A stretch of DNA of 64,000 nucleotides. It comes from Salinivirgaceae bacterium. Its GTDB lineage: Bacteria; Bacteroidota; Bacteroidia; Bacteroidales; SZUA-534. Made by a program: the position numbers and the translations under genes. The stretch covers positions 1-64,000 of the forward strand of contig JAKSOL010000009.1 of assembly GCA_024405635.1 (NCBI GenBank). Reading direction: 5' to 3'. Of the stretch, positions 47,642-57,377 are shown in pieces. Position 1 is the stretch's first letter. Each line of letters begins with the position of its first letter. Below the pieces are notes generated by a model, which ran no database searches, was not told where the DNA came from, and was given only the letters and a program-made list of their open reading frames with translations.

Positions 47642-49114
47642 ATGAGCAAACATATAAGCCGATTGTTCATCATATTGATTGGGTTGTTGCTACTTGCAGC
47701 AGCCCAATCGTGTATTGAGGAGGATGGAAATAAATTCACCAACAATCCCAATGCTTATCTTGCTTTTTCAACCGACACACTAAAATTCGACACTGTTTTT
47801 ACATCTATCGGCTCTGCCTCAAAGCAAATTATAGTTTACAACAAAAACAAAAACGCGGTGCGAACCAATGTTTCGGTTCAAAGCAACTTTTACCATATTA
47901 TTGTTGACGGAACAAAAGGTAATTCGCTCAATAACATTGTAATACGAGGTGGTGATAGCATTTATATATTTGTTGATGTTACTATCGACCCACAAAACAG
48001 CAACTCTCCCGTTGTTATACTTGACTCAATAACTTTCGCCACCAATGGCAATTGTCAAAGTGTAAAACTAATGGCGTATGGGCAAGACATTCACATGATT
48101 ACCGATACCGTTATTAAAACACAAACGTGGAAAGCCGACAAACCTTACCTTATTTGCAACTCTTTACTCATTGATTCGCTTGAAACTCTTACCATCGAAG
48201 AGGGCACTCACCTTCATTTTCGACCAAATACGAGCTTACTGGTAAAAGGAACACTAAAGGTTAATGGAACAAATGAAAATCCTGTAGTATTTGAAGGCGA
48301 CCGCTTGGAAGAATATTACAAAAACAAGCCAGGACAATGGGGCAAGGTTTCTGAAGTTGAAGGCACCAAGCAGTATTTGGGCAACATTAATTTCTTTACC
48401 AGTAGCAGCAACAACGAAATAAACTACGCTGTAATAAGAAATGGTGTTAAGGGAGTTCAAATTAACAGTAACTCCGACAGTACCACTACTCTAAAAATCG
48501 CCAACACCATTATTGAAAACATGTCAATAGCTGGAATATACGCGCAATCGACTAACATTTTGGTTTACAACACAATAGTTACAAATTGCGGTTATTACGC
48601 CGTTTTTTTAACCATGGGCGGAAACTACGAATTTTTCCACACCACCATTGCCAATTACACAACTACACGCAACACACCTTCGCTTGTATTCAGCAATTAT
48701 TCCACGTCAGGTAGCAATACCAAATTATTCAACTTTAACGCAACATTTGCCAACAGCATCATTTGCGGCTCACGGTCTGCGGAGTTTATTGCCGACATGC
48801 AAAGTTCTGATTCTTTGAACTTTAATTACTCTTTTGAAAATTGCTTGATTAACTTACCCCGAAACACCAACATTTCTGACACAAACACATTCCGCAATGT
48901 GATACTTGCAATTGACTCGTTGCCACGTTTTGTCGATGTTGAGAAACATAATTTCAGGCTCGACACTCTATCGGCAGCCAAAGACAAAGGCAAGTTGCAA
49001 TATGGCAAACTATTTCCAACCGATTTTGACGGCAATAGCCGCATCGACGACAAACTGCCCGACCTTGGTGCGTTTGAACGAATTGAAAACCAACCTATTA
49101 CTAAGAAACCATGA
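47642..49114 (+). CDS. Lipoprotein with Ig-like N-terminus and right-handed beta-helix
   Basis: AQSC lipobox, FSTDTL.FDTVF, G.L.V.GT...PV.F, C-terminal D.DG..R....PD.GAFE. Confidence 0.75.
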   Translation: MSKHISRLFIILIGLLLLAAAQSCIEEDGNKFTNNPNAYLAFSTDTLKFDTVFTSIGSASKQIIVYNKNKNAVRTNVSVQSNFYHIIVDGTKGNSLNNIVIRGGDSIYIFVDVTIDPQNSNSPVVILDSITFATNGNCQSVKLMAYGQDIHMITDTVIKTQTWKADKPYLICNSLLIDSLETLTIEEGTHLHFRPNTSLLVKGTLKVNGTNENPVVFEGDRLEEYYKNKPGQWGKVSEVEGTKQYLGNINFFTSSSNNEINYAVIRNGVKGVQINSNSDSTTTLKIANTIIENMSIAGIYAQSTNILVYNTIVTNCGYYAVFLTMGGNYEFFHTTIANYTTTRNTPSLVFSNYSTSGSNTKLFNFNATFANSIICGSRSAEFIADMQSSDSLNFNYSFENCLINLPRNTNISDTNTFRNVILAIDSLPRFVDVEKHNFRLDTLSAAKDKGKLQYGKLFPTDFDGNSRIDDKLPDLGAFERIENQPITKKP

Positions 49115-50172
49115 ATCGCATATACGCAACAATTATTGGACTTATTGTAGCAGTTTCATCTTGGGCGCAAAGTTCAGGATTAACTCCCGAACTTGAAAAA
49201 GCGGTAGAGCAACAGCGTTACTTACGGTTAATGTTCTACAATTGCGAAAACTTTTTCGACACCGACGATGACCCTTTGACTCGCGACGAAGAATTTACTC
49301 CTGAAGGCGAACGCCATTGGAACAAAAAACGTTACAACGAAAAGCAAGACCATGTTAGCCAAGTAGTTGCAGCCATTGGCGGTTGGCAAGCGCCTGACAT
49401 TATAGGATTGTGCGAAATTGAGTCGCGAAAGGTGATACTCGATTTAACTTTAGACTCTAAACTATATGTTTTTGAGTACAAATTTCTTCACAAAGAATCG
49501 CCCGACTCTCGCGGCATTGACGTGGCTCTACTCTACCAACCCAAAAGCTACACGCCAATAAAAACCGAATTCATACCAGTTCACTATCCAAATAGTAGCC
49601 GTTCAACTCGCGACATTTTGTTTAGTACAGGAACAACACGCAACGGCGACACATTGCACATTTTTGTAAACCACTGGCCATCGCGATGGGGCGGACAATC
49701 CGAAACCGACGAATTGCGCTGCTACGTCGCCTCAATAGTTCGGCATAAAGTTGATTCTCTTGTAACCGCAAACTCGCGCTCAAACATCATTATTATGGGC
49801 GACTTAAACGATTATCCTAACAACAACAGCGTTTGCAGCGTACTTAAAGCAAAAACCGAGTTTAGCAATTTTGAGCAAACCGAATTGTACAACTTAGCTT
49901 ATTATCAGCAATTTGTAAAAATGCAAGGCACGCACAAATACGACGGAATGTGGGGAGTGCTTGACCAAATGATTATATCGGGCTCTCTGCTCGATGGCAA
50001 TGGTCCACTTTATACATCGAAAGACGATGCACACATTTTTAATGCCCCTTTTCTTCTCGAAAACGATGACACTCACATTGGTTACAAGCCTTTTAGAACC
50101 TATAATGGATACCAATATAATGGAGGCTTTAGCGATCATTTACCTGTTTTTATCAATATTTACAGAAAATAA
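49111..50172 (+). CDS. Endonuclease/exonuclease/phosphatase family protein, secreted
   Basis: FYNCENFFD, GLCEIE, NHWPSR, MGDLND, SDHLP. Confidence 0.92.
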   Translation: MNRIYATIIGLIVAVSSWAQSSGLTPELEKAVEQQRYLRLMFYNCENFFDTDDDPLTRDEEFTPEGERHWNKKRYNEKQDHVSQVVAAIGGWQAPDIIGLCEIESRKVILDLTLDSKLYVFEYKFLHKESPDSRGIDVALLYQPKSYTPIKTEFIPVHYPNSSRSTRDILFSTGTTRNGDTLHIFVNHWPSRWGGQSETDELRCYVASIVRHKVDSLVTANSRSNIIIMGDLNDYPNNNSVCSVLKAKTEFSNFEQTELYNLAYYQQFVKMQGTHKYDGMWGVLDQMIISGSLLDGNGPLYTSKDDAHIFNAPFLLENDDTHIGYKPFRTYNGYQYNGGFSDHLPVFINIYRK

Positions 50173-50178
50173 CCTACA

Positions 50179-51249
50179 ATGAAACTATTCAACACAATCA
50201 TAGCCACATTGTTGACTATCAGCACAATGGCGCAAACCGAAGAAATAAACCTTCTGTTTGCTGGCGACATAATGGGACACGACTCACAAATTGCTGCAGC
50301 TTATATCGACAGCACCAAAACTTATAGCTATGCCGAATGTTTTGAGCATGTGAAACCTTTTGTTGAGCATGCCGATTTGGCAATTGCCAATCTTGAAGTA
50401 ACCTTGGCAGGCGAACCTTTCAAAGGTTATCCACAATTTTCGTCGCCCGACCAGCTTGCCATTGACGTGCAAAATTGCGGATTTGATGTGCTGGTTACTG
50501 CCAACAATCACTCGTGCGACCGCGGCAGCAAAGGAATTGCTCGCACTGTGAAAATTCTCGATTCGCTTAACATTGCCCACACTGGCACTTTTTGCGATTC
50601 GGCTGAATACAAAAGCAACTACCCTCTTGTGGTTGAAGTAAAAGGCATGCGCTTTGCTATTTTAAACTACACCTACGGAACAAATGGCATTACTGTGTCG
50701 AATGGCCGCATTGTAAATATGATTGACACAAAACAAATTACTGCCGATGTTGCTGCGGCTCGTTCAAAAAGCGATATGATTATTGCCTGCATGCACTGGG
50801 GAGACGAATATGTTACAACGCCCACAAATAGCGAAATTCAACTTGCTTCGATGCTGAAAAAGTTAGGTGTAGAACTGATTATTGGGTCGCACCCACACGT
50901 TCTGCAACCAATTGAATTAGACACTGTTAGCAATCAACTTACCGTTTATTCGTTAGGCAATTTTGTAAGCGGACAACGCACTGCTCCTCGCGATGGCGCC
51001 ATGATGGTTAATGTAAAACTAACTCCACAACCAAATGGAAAACCTCGAATCAGCGCTAGCTACCGCCTTACTTATGTTCACTACCCAATGGTAAATGGTA
51101 AACGCCACTTTATTGTGGTTCCTGTTGCTGCAGCCGAATCGGGATTGCTACAACCTATTAACTCAACTGATTGGGGACGACTAAACAAATTTGCTACCGA
51201 AGCTCGCTCAATAATGAGCAACAATGTGTGCGTTGACGAAGTAAAGTAA
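50179..51249 (+). CDS. CapA/PGA_cap metallophosphoesterase family protein
   Basis: GDIM, NLE, ANNH..D, HWG.E, GSHPH, YSLGNF. Confidence 0.92.
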   Translation: MKLFNTIIATLLTISTMAQTEEINLLFAGDIMGHDSQIAAAYIDSTKTYSYAECFEHVKPFVEHADLAIANLEVTLAGEPFKGYPQFSSPDQLAIDVQNCGFDVLVTANNHSCDRGSKGIARTVKILDSLNIAHTGTFCDSAEYKSNYPLVVEVKGMRFAILNYTYGTNGITVSNGRIVNMIDTKQITADVAAARSKSDMIIACMHWGDEYVTTPTNSEIQLASMLKKLGVELIIGSHPHVLQPIELDTVSNQLTVYSLGNFVSGQRTAPRDGAMMVNVKLTPQPNGKPRISASYRLTYVHYPMVNGKRHFIVVPVAAAESGLLQPINSTDWGRLNKFATEARSIMSNNVCVDEVK

Positions 51250-51272
51250 CTCCCTGCGTTTCAGCAAGTAAC

Positions 51273-54200
51273 TTAATCCATTCGTGCCGAAACCACACAT
51301 GGTTTCTTTATTTGTTTGCTTTCGCCATCGGTGCTAAACAATTCGCAATAAACAACATACACGCCAATTGGCACCCTATTGCCATTGTCGTCAAGTCCAT
51401 CCCAACTCCAAAAGCCCGAAGTGCCTAGTTGCTCGTTGCTCACTAACTTGCGCACACGAACTCCTTTTGCATTAAAAATGCTAACAGAAGCAACATTGCC
51501 CGGATTTTCAAACTGATAACAAATATTCAGTTGGTCGTCAAAGCCATCGTTATCGGGCGAAAATGCCTCATTTTCAATGCTTAACGTAGAATTACCGCTA
51601 ACAATTGGCGCAAAACACGAATTTTGATAACCCGGAGTTGCTCCACCTGTGTATTCTGCAGCCGAGTGCCAGTTGGCAGCATTATCTGTCGGTTTATTTG
51701 GATCGATGCGCTCAAGGCTAACTCCTTCAACACTGCTCAACAACGCAAAGTGCATCTTTTTATCGTATTCAAATTCGTCGTAAACTACCCCAGCCGTATC
51801 AGCTAATACAACTACACCATGATCGTTGGCATAAGTTGGCAATGCTGCAAGGTTGAAAAATGCAAGCGAATCGGTTGTAGCATATTGGCTCATAACCAAT
51901 TGCGAGTTGGTTGAAAGTACAACATAACCTCCTGCGGGCAAAACATAACCGGGTTGTTCAATATGCTTTGGTGTTTTTATTGCTCCTGCCGAACGCGTTG
52001 CTAGACAGAAAGTTGCAATATTCACTGCATGATCAGAGCGATTGTATAATTCAACAAAATCGCAACCTCCAGCTTTTGTATTAAACAGAACTTCGTTTAT
52101 CACCACATCTCCCACCTCGGCTACCATCGGCATAAATAGGGACAGGGTGTCGGTTGCAATGGTATTTCCGAAAACATCGGTAATCTGTTTGCTGAAAATT
52201 ATTGAATAATCGGTGTTTGGATTTATAGCCACAGGCAAGGTTGCATCAATTGCATAATAATTATCGGGAGCCATAACCACTGACAACATATTTCCAATAG
52301 TTGGTTGTATTTCAATTAGCGACGCATCGTTAGCTATTACCATTTTATTGAACACAATTCGGACTTTTCGCTCCGACAAAGGCACAGCGTACAATGCAAT
52401 TGGAGCAATGGTATCGGCTACATCAATAGCAACTGAATTAGGGTGGCATGGTGTTCCGCCTTTAACATCAATTGTTTCGGCCCAATTGTTTCCTGTTTCG
52501 TCGGCCGAAAGCAAACTAATTCGTTCAAGACTAAATCCGCCTTCTTTCTTCAACTCATCGGCATACCATGAACTTGAGTAATTAGTATAGCAAACCAAAT
52601 TGCCTTGACAAAGCACAGAAATGGAACCAGTAGCTGGCAATGCTGGCATTTTTTGCGAACCTATTACGTTGCCAAATTGAGCCAAGCTATCAACTGCCGA
52701 CAATTTTGCAACCAACGCATATTGATGAGCGCCAATAACTCCATGCTCAAGTTTTGCCTCAGTTTTTCCAACTTTAATAGAAAGGCTATCGGTTTCAATA
52801 TCAAAGTTGCTGCGGTTGTATAGCTCAACATACTCGCAGGCTGGCAAACCCGCCGTTGGTTCGGGGGTTGCCATTATTTCGGTTATCACCAAATCGTACA
52901 GCGCAACTTTATGATATACAAGCGTTAACGTTGTGTCGTCAATTACATTACCGCATTGGTCCGAAATGTCTTTAACTGAAAGATGCAACTGTGTATCAAC
53001 TGCAAAAGATTGAGCAAACGTTAAAGTCAACTGCAATCCGTTGAGCGAAACGCTTGTTGGACTTTTACCGTCTAACTGATAGTTTGCAACAAACGTAACT
53101 GATTGTTCATCTGGTAGTTCGCTCAAAAAAAGCACTATTTGTTTGTCGTTTGCAATATGAGTTGACGATATAACAATCTGTTCGTTATCAATATTTTTCG
53201 CCTTTACAGAATTTTGTTTTCCAGGTGTGCCGCCTGCATCAGCAACACTAACTGCCCAATTATTTGCGCCACCGCACAAATTATTTGCATCAATTCGCTC
53301 AAGCGACCAACCGCCAGCTTGCTTTTCGGTATCGGCAATCATGCTTTGCGTGTAACTAACCGAATCGATTACCGCGCCCTTGTCCGACAAAAGTTTAATT
53401 GCACGACCTGTGTTGGTAAGCGATGTTGTACTAATGCCAACAACCGTTGTTCCATATTTTGCAAACTCTTTTGTAGCCGCACTTGATGTTACAATAACAT
53501 AACCATTTGCATCAATCACAACATCGGCCAATTCTTTTTGCGTTCCAGCCACATCAACTTTCCATCCGTTGAGCGAAATGGCATAGTTTCTATTATTATA
53601 AATCTCGAAGAAGTCATACTCGGGAAGAGCAACCACTGGTGTTGGGTCAAAAAATATCTCATTTACAACAACATCGCCAGGTTGCGGTGCAATCCAATAC
53701 TCAAAATCGAACTGCTCAGCTGCGGTCATTTCAACTCCATTAACATCGGCCACTCCGCTAACTGTTAGATTATTTGAACCTACTTGCAATTCATCAACAG
53801 TCAATACAACTTGCTTGGGTTGCGAACTATTGTAGCCAACCGAAATAACCTCACCTGCTTGCAACATATAATTATTGGTATTGCAAACTGATGCAGAATC
53901 AACTTCGGCCGAAAACGAAACAGTAATCTTATCAGTTCCATTAAAACTAAAATCGGCAACTGAAATAGGGTTAGGTTGATAAACAACGCTAATGCTATCG
54001 GCCCAAAGTTTTCCAACATTTCCTTTTATGAATGTAAACAACAGCCCAACGCTATCGGAACTGCTATATGTAACATCGGTAGTTGACGAGGCGAATGTGG
54101 TAAGATTATTAAATGAATTACCATAACTAATTGACCACAAACCAGTTGCAGCGCGAATAACCTCAACACAAATCAAGGCGTCTTGGGTCCATACATAATC

Positions 54201-54674
54201 GGTTTTTAGCAAAGTTGATTTTTTACCACCCGCTTCTAACTTATTCAATGTCAATACTTTTGGATTTGAAGTGGTGGTTGAAACATAATAACCACTGTTT
54301 TGACTATTGGTTAAATCAGCCTTTTCAGTCATTAAGAAAAATTGAAAGTAGTTGGCTGTGGTTGGAGTAAAACCTGCAGTTTTCAAAGCAAAGCGCCAAA
54401 TTGTTGTTCCTGCCGAAAAGTCGCAATTTGCCACACTTGCCGCAATAGTACTAGTTGCTGCAACATTTGGAGTAGAACTATGATGCAGCAAACCGCCGTC
54501 AGCCAACCAGTCGGAAGTATTTGTCCACTGGTCAAGATTTTCAAATTCGTCGGCAAACAATAAAGTCTGCTCCGAAGACTTGCTATTACTCAAATTAGGC
54601 GAAAAGGTCTGCGCGTGGGCAAAAGCCAAAAATAATGCGAGACAAACTAAACACAATGCCGTTTTTTTATTCAT
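51273..54674 (-). CDS. Secreted protein with three lamin-tail domains, Ig-like domains and T9SS type-B-like C-terminus
   Basis: Three V(V/I)(N/T)E...(D/E)(F/Y).E.YN...SLERI...NW...GGTP...NS units; FSPDNDG.DD and WDG...G.Y; start ATG 54674. Confidence 0.85.
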   Translation of the reverse strand: MNKKTALCLVCLALFLAFAHAQTFSPNLSNSKSSEQTLLFADEFENLDQWTNTSDWLADGGLLHHSSTPNVAATSTIAASVANCDFSAGTTIWRFALKTAGFTPTTANYFQFFLMTEKADLTNSQNSGYYVSTTTSNPKVLTLNKLEAGGKKSTLLKTDYVWTQDALICVEVIRAATGLWSISYGNSFNNLTTFASSTTDVTYSSSDSVGLLFTFIKGNVGKLWADSISVVYQPNPISVADFSFNGTDKITVSFSAEVDSASVCNTNNYMLQAGEVISVGYNSSQPKQVVLTVDELQVGSNNLTVSGVADVNGVEMTAAEQFDFEYWIAPQPGDVVVNEIFFDPTPVVALPEYDFFEIYNNRNYAISLNGWKVDVAGTQKELADVVIDANGYVIVTSSAATKEFAKYGTTVVGISTTSLTNTGRAIKLLSDKGAVIDSVSYTQSMIADTEKQAGGWSLERIDANNLCGGANNWAVSVADAGGTPGKQNSVKAKNIDNEQIVISSTHIANDKQIVLFLSELPDEQSVTFVANYQLDGKSPTSVSLNGLQLTLTFAQSFAVDTQLHLSVKDISDQCGNVIDDTTLTLVYHKVALYDLVITEIMATPEPTAGLPACEYVELYNRSNFDIETDSLSIKVGKTEAKLEHGVIGAHQYALVAKLSAVDSLAQFGNVIGSQKMPALPATGSISVLCQGNLVCYTNYSSSWYADELKKEGGFSLERISLLSADETGNNWAETIDVKGGTPCHPNSVAIDVADTIAPIALYAVPLSERKVRIVFNKMVIANDASLIEIQPTIGNMLSVVMAPDNYYAIDATLPVAINPNTDYSIIFSKQITDVFGNTIATDTLSLFMPMVAEVGDVVINEVLFNTKAGGCDFVELYNRSDHAVNIATFCLATRSAGAIKTPKHIEQPGYVLPAGGYVVLSTNSQLVMSQYATTDSLAFFNLAALPTYANDHGVVVLADTAGVVYDEFEYDKKMHFALLSSVEGVSLERIDPNKPTDNAANWHSAAEYTGGATPGYQNSCFAPIVSGNSTLSIENEAFSPDNDGFDDQLNICYQFENPGNVASVSIFNAKGVRVRKLVSNEQLGTSGFWSWDGLDDNGNRVPIGVYVVYCELFSTDGESKQIKKPCVVSARMD

Positions 54675-54799
54675 CTTTGTAGCGCTTTTGAAAATTGATT
54701 TTTCAAACGCAATCAACTGATTATTAGATGATTAAAAATCAGTTTGATTACATTAGAAAATGTTGTAAGTAACTAAATATAATTCAAAATAAAAAGACT

Positions 54800-55807
54800 A
54801 TGAAGATAGCCGTAGTAGGAGCCAGCGGTGCAGTTGGCCAAGAATTCTTGAAGATCCTAAACGAGAGAGATCTTCCAATTGATGAGTTAGTCCTTTTTGG
54901 ATCGGCTCGTAGTGCAGGAACCGCATACGATTTCAAGGGAAAGAAAATCGTGGTAAAAGAGTTGAAACACAACGACGATTTTAAAGACATTGACATTGTA
55001 TTGGCATCAGCAGGCGCAAGCACATCAAAAGAATATGCCGAAACAATGACCAAATACGGCGCCATTATGATTGACAACTCAAGCGCATTCCGTATGGACA
55101 ACGATGTTCCATTGGTTGTACCTGAAGTTAACCCAGAGGACGCGCTAACCACTCCACGCAACATTATTGCAAACCCAAACTGCACTACCATTATTATGGT
55201 TGTAGTGCTTAAGGCTCTTGAGGAGTTGTCGCACATTAAACGCATTCACGTAGCAAGCTACCAAAGTGCTAGCGGTGCTGGTGCAATGGGTATGGCAGAG
55301 CTTGAACAACAAGTAAAAGATTTTGCTGCAGGCAAAGACCTTACAGTAAACAAATTCTCGTCACAAATTTTGTTCAACGTTATTCCTCACATCGATGTAT
55401 TCACCGATAACGACTACACCAAAGAGGAGATGAAGATGTATAACGAGACCAAAAAGATTATGCACTCTGACATTGAGGTAAGTTCAACTTGCGTGCGCGT
55501 GCCTGTAATGCGTGCTCACTCTGAAGCAATTTGGGCAGAAACAGCAGAGCCAGTTTCTCCTGAGGCTTTCCGCGCTGCTTGTGCAAAAGCCGCTGGTGTA
55601 ACTGTAGTTGACAATCCTGCTAACAAAGAGTACCCAATGCCTTTGTTTGTTGCAGGACAAGACAACGTATCGGTTGGCCGTATCCGCAAAGACATTGCTA
55701 ATCCAAACGGAATCACTTTCTGGTGCGTTGGCGACCAAATTCGCAAAGGTGCAGCTCTTAACGCTGTTCAAATTGCAGAATACCTTATCGCTAAAAAGTT
55801 CAAATAG
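54800..55807 (+). CDS. asd: Aspartate-semialdehyde dehydrogenase
   Basis: [40 protein letters not shown]. Confidence 0.98.
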   Translation: MKIAVVGASGAVGQEFLKILNERDLPIDELVLFGSARSAGTAYDFKGKKIVVKELKHNDDFKDIDIVLASAGASTSKEYAETMTKYGAIMIDNSSAFRMDNDVPLVVPEVNPEDALTTPRNIIANPNCTTIIMVVVLKALEELSHIKRIHVASYQSASGAGAMGMAELEQQVKDFAAGKDLTVNKFSSQILFNVIPHIDVFTDNDYTKEEMKMYNETKKIMHSDIEVSSTCVRVPVMRAHSEAIWAETAEPVSPEAFRAACAKAAGVTVVDNPANKEYPMPLFVAGQDNVSVGRIRKDIANPNGITFWCVGDQIRKGAALNAVQIAEYLIAKKFK

Positions 55808-55830
55808 AACAATTTACAACACAATAAATA

Positions 55831-55866
55831 AACGGGAATTGCCAAAAGGTGATTCCCGTTTTTTTT
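55831..55866 (+). terminator. Terminator after asd
   Basis: AACGGGAAT...ATTCCCGTT then T-run. Confidence 0.8.
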
Positions 55867-55897
55867 GTTGGTTAGTTTGAAATAAGCGACCACAAAA

Positions 55898-55936
55898 AAC
55901 CGCCAACAACCTCATTTTGCTTGGTTACTGGCGGTT
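55898..55936 (-). terminator. Terminator for minus-strand unit
   Basis: AACCGCCA...TGGCGGTT stem with A-run on the left. Confidence 0.55.
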
Positions 55937-55962
55937 AAAGTTTTAATGCGATGTTGGGTGGG

Positions 55963-56469
55963 TTATTCTATTAGTGTCCAAGTTTCGCCATTATCCAAAA
56001 TCACCCTTATGATACCATAGTTTTTTGCAACAACAATACTATTCTTATTATCATTTAGTATCACACATTGGTCGTATATTCCATATTGATCTTTATAAGG
56101 AATAGTATCTATTATATTAGATGCGTTTATGCCACTTTTAACTCCAAAAGACAAATAAAAATTAATTTCTTTCCAATAATCGCTAGAATTTATACGGTAA
56201 AATAATAACGTATCTTGATACGAGGCTTCTATTTCAATATAAGTTCCACAATCACAATCACAATTGCGTGATATTATTTCTTTGTCATACTTTCTATAGT
56301 TAAAAATGATAAATTCAATAGTATCATAACCTGTATCAAATCTAATAGTGTCGTTCAATTCATATGGAATAAAAGACTCTAATTCTTCTGGAAAATTTGG
56401 ACAATGGCGTTCTTTACTACAAGAAAACAAGCACATACCTAAAATTAGGATAGATAAAAGATTCTTCAT
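55963..56469 (-). CDS. AT-rich hypothetical lipoprotein
   Basis: Lipobox LFSC; CP...FIPY...DTI.F; CDCDC; C-terminal YGII...NGETWTL. Confidence 0.75.
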   Translation of the reverse strand: MKNLLSILILGMCLFSCSKERHCPNFPEELESFIPYELNDTIRFDTGYDTIEFIIFNYRKYDKEIISRNCDCDCGTYIEIEASYQDTLLFYRINSSDYWKEINFYLSFGVKSGINASNIIDTIPYKDQYGIYDQCVILNDNKNSIVVAKNYGIIRVILDNGETWTLIE

Positions 56470-56570
56470 CGCATTAAGTTTTTAATTACGGCTTTAAACT
56501 TTACTCCTTTTTCAACTTTAAAACCAGAAGTTTGCATTACTTTTTCTTTTACTTCAAGTTCAACTTGTTT
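56466..56570 (-). pseudogene. Probable 3' remnant of a lost gene (34 codons)
   Basis: Reads KQVELEVKEKVMQTSGFKVEKGVKFKAVIKNLMR-stop; TGA overlaps the lipoprotein ATG; in-frame TAA immediately upstream. Confidence 0.5.
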
Positions 56571-56618
56571 TTAGACAAAAAATCTAAAACTCTGAAAATT
56601 CCAAACAAATAGGTAATC

Positions 56619-57377
56619 CTACCCCACAAGTTTTACCAGCCATTTAGGCCAAACAGCAAAGGTTGCTACAGCTACAAACTCACCTGCAGCATCGCAAAGC
56701 AAATCAACCACATCGCCCGACCGACCAGTAATCCAAAGTTGCTGAATTACCTCAATTGCCGCAGCATATACCAAGGTTGCTAACAAAATAGCCACATATT
56801 GTCGGCGAACTATTCCTTGCTTTACATACAGCGAATGGGTTAAAAATCCACAACCAAAAAACATACAGAAGTGCATCACTTTGTCTAAATGAGGAATATT
56901 GAGCCATCCTATTTCGGGCAGTTTGGTTGCTGGCGATAGGCACAAATACGACACAAACATTGTCCACAAAACCATTTTAACTTTGGTTATGGTTGCTGCA
57001 TTTCTAATGTTTTTAATTAGTGATTTAAAGTTTGTCAGACCCAAAACCAAGCCGCATACATTGCAGTACCAATCAACATAGTCGCCCGATCGGCCTGGAA
57101 TGAAAAAATGTTGAGCCACCTCGGTTGCAACGGAAAACAACAATTCGAGTATCACAACCACGCTCAAAACCCAATGCGAAAATGCTTTTTCGGTCCAAAG
57201 TCGGTTGGTAAGTTGGCCTAATACAAAAAACAAAAACAGATGAAAAGCCTTATCGATATAGCACTCTACTATCCATGGGTGCTGCCCCATAAATGAACCT
57301 GGTAGCATGCAAATGCCGGTTACCAAAATCACCCATGCGGCCAGCAGAAAGTAGGTTATGTTGTTTTGTCTTTTCAT
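56619..57377 (-). CDS. Tandem VanZ-like domain membrane protein
   Basis: Two copies of DK..H...F ... E..Q.....GRSGD..D. Confidence 0.85.
   Translation of the reverse strand: MKRQNNITYFLLAAWVILVTGICMLPGSFMGQHPWIVECYIDKAFHLFLFFVLGQLTNRLWTEKAFSHWVLSVVVILELLFSVATEVAQHFFIPGRSGDYVDWYCNVCGLVLGLTNFKSLIKNIRNAATITKVKMVLWTMFVSYLCLSPATKLPEIGWLNIPHLDKVMHFCMFFGCGFLTHSLYVKQGIVRRQYVAILLATLVYAAAIEVIQQLWITGRSGDVVDLLCDAAGEFVAVATFAVWPKWLVKLVG

Noticed and set aside
50179-51249. CapA as evidence for a poly-gamma-glutamate capsule
   Set aside because: No capB/capC nearby; lone CapA-family proteins are widespread
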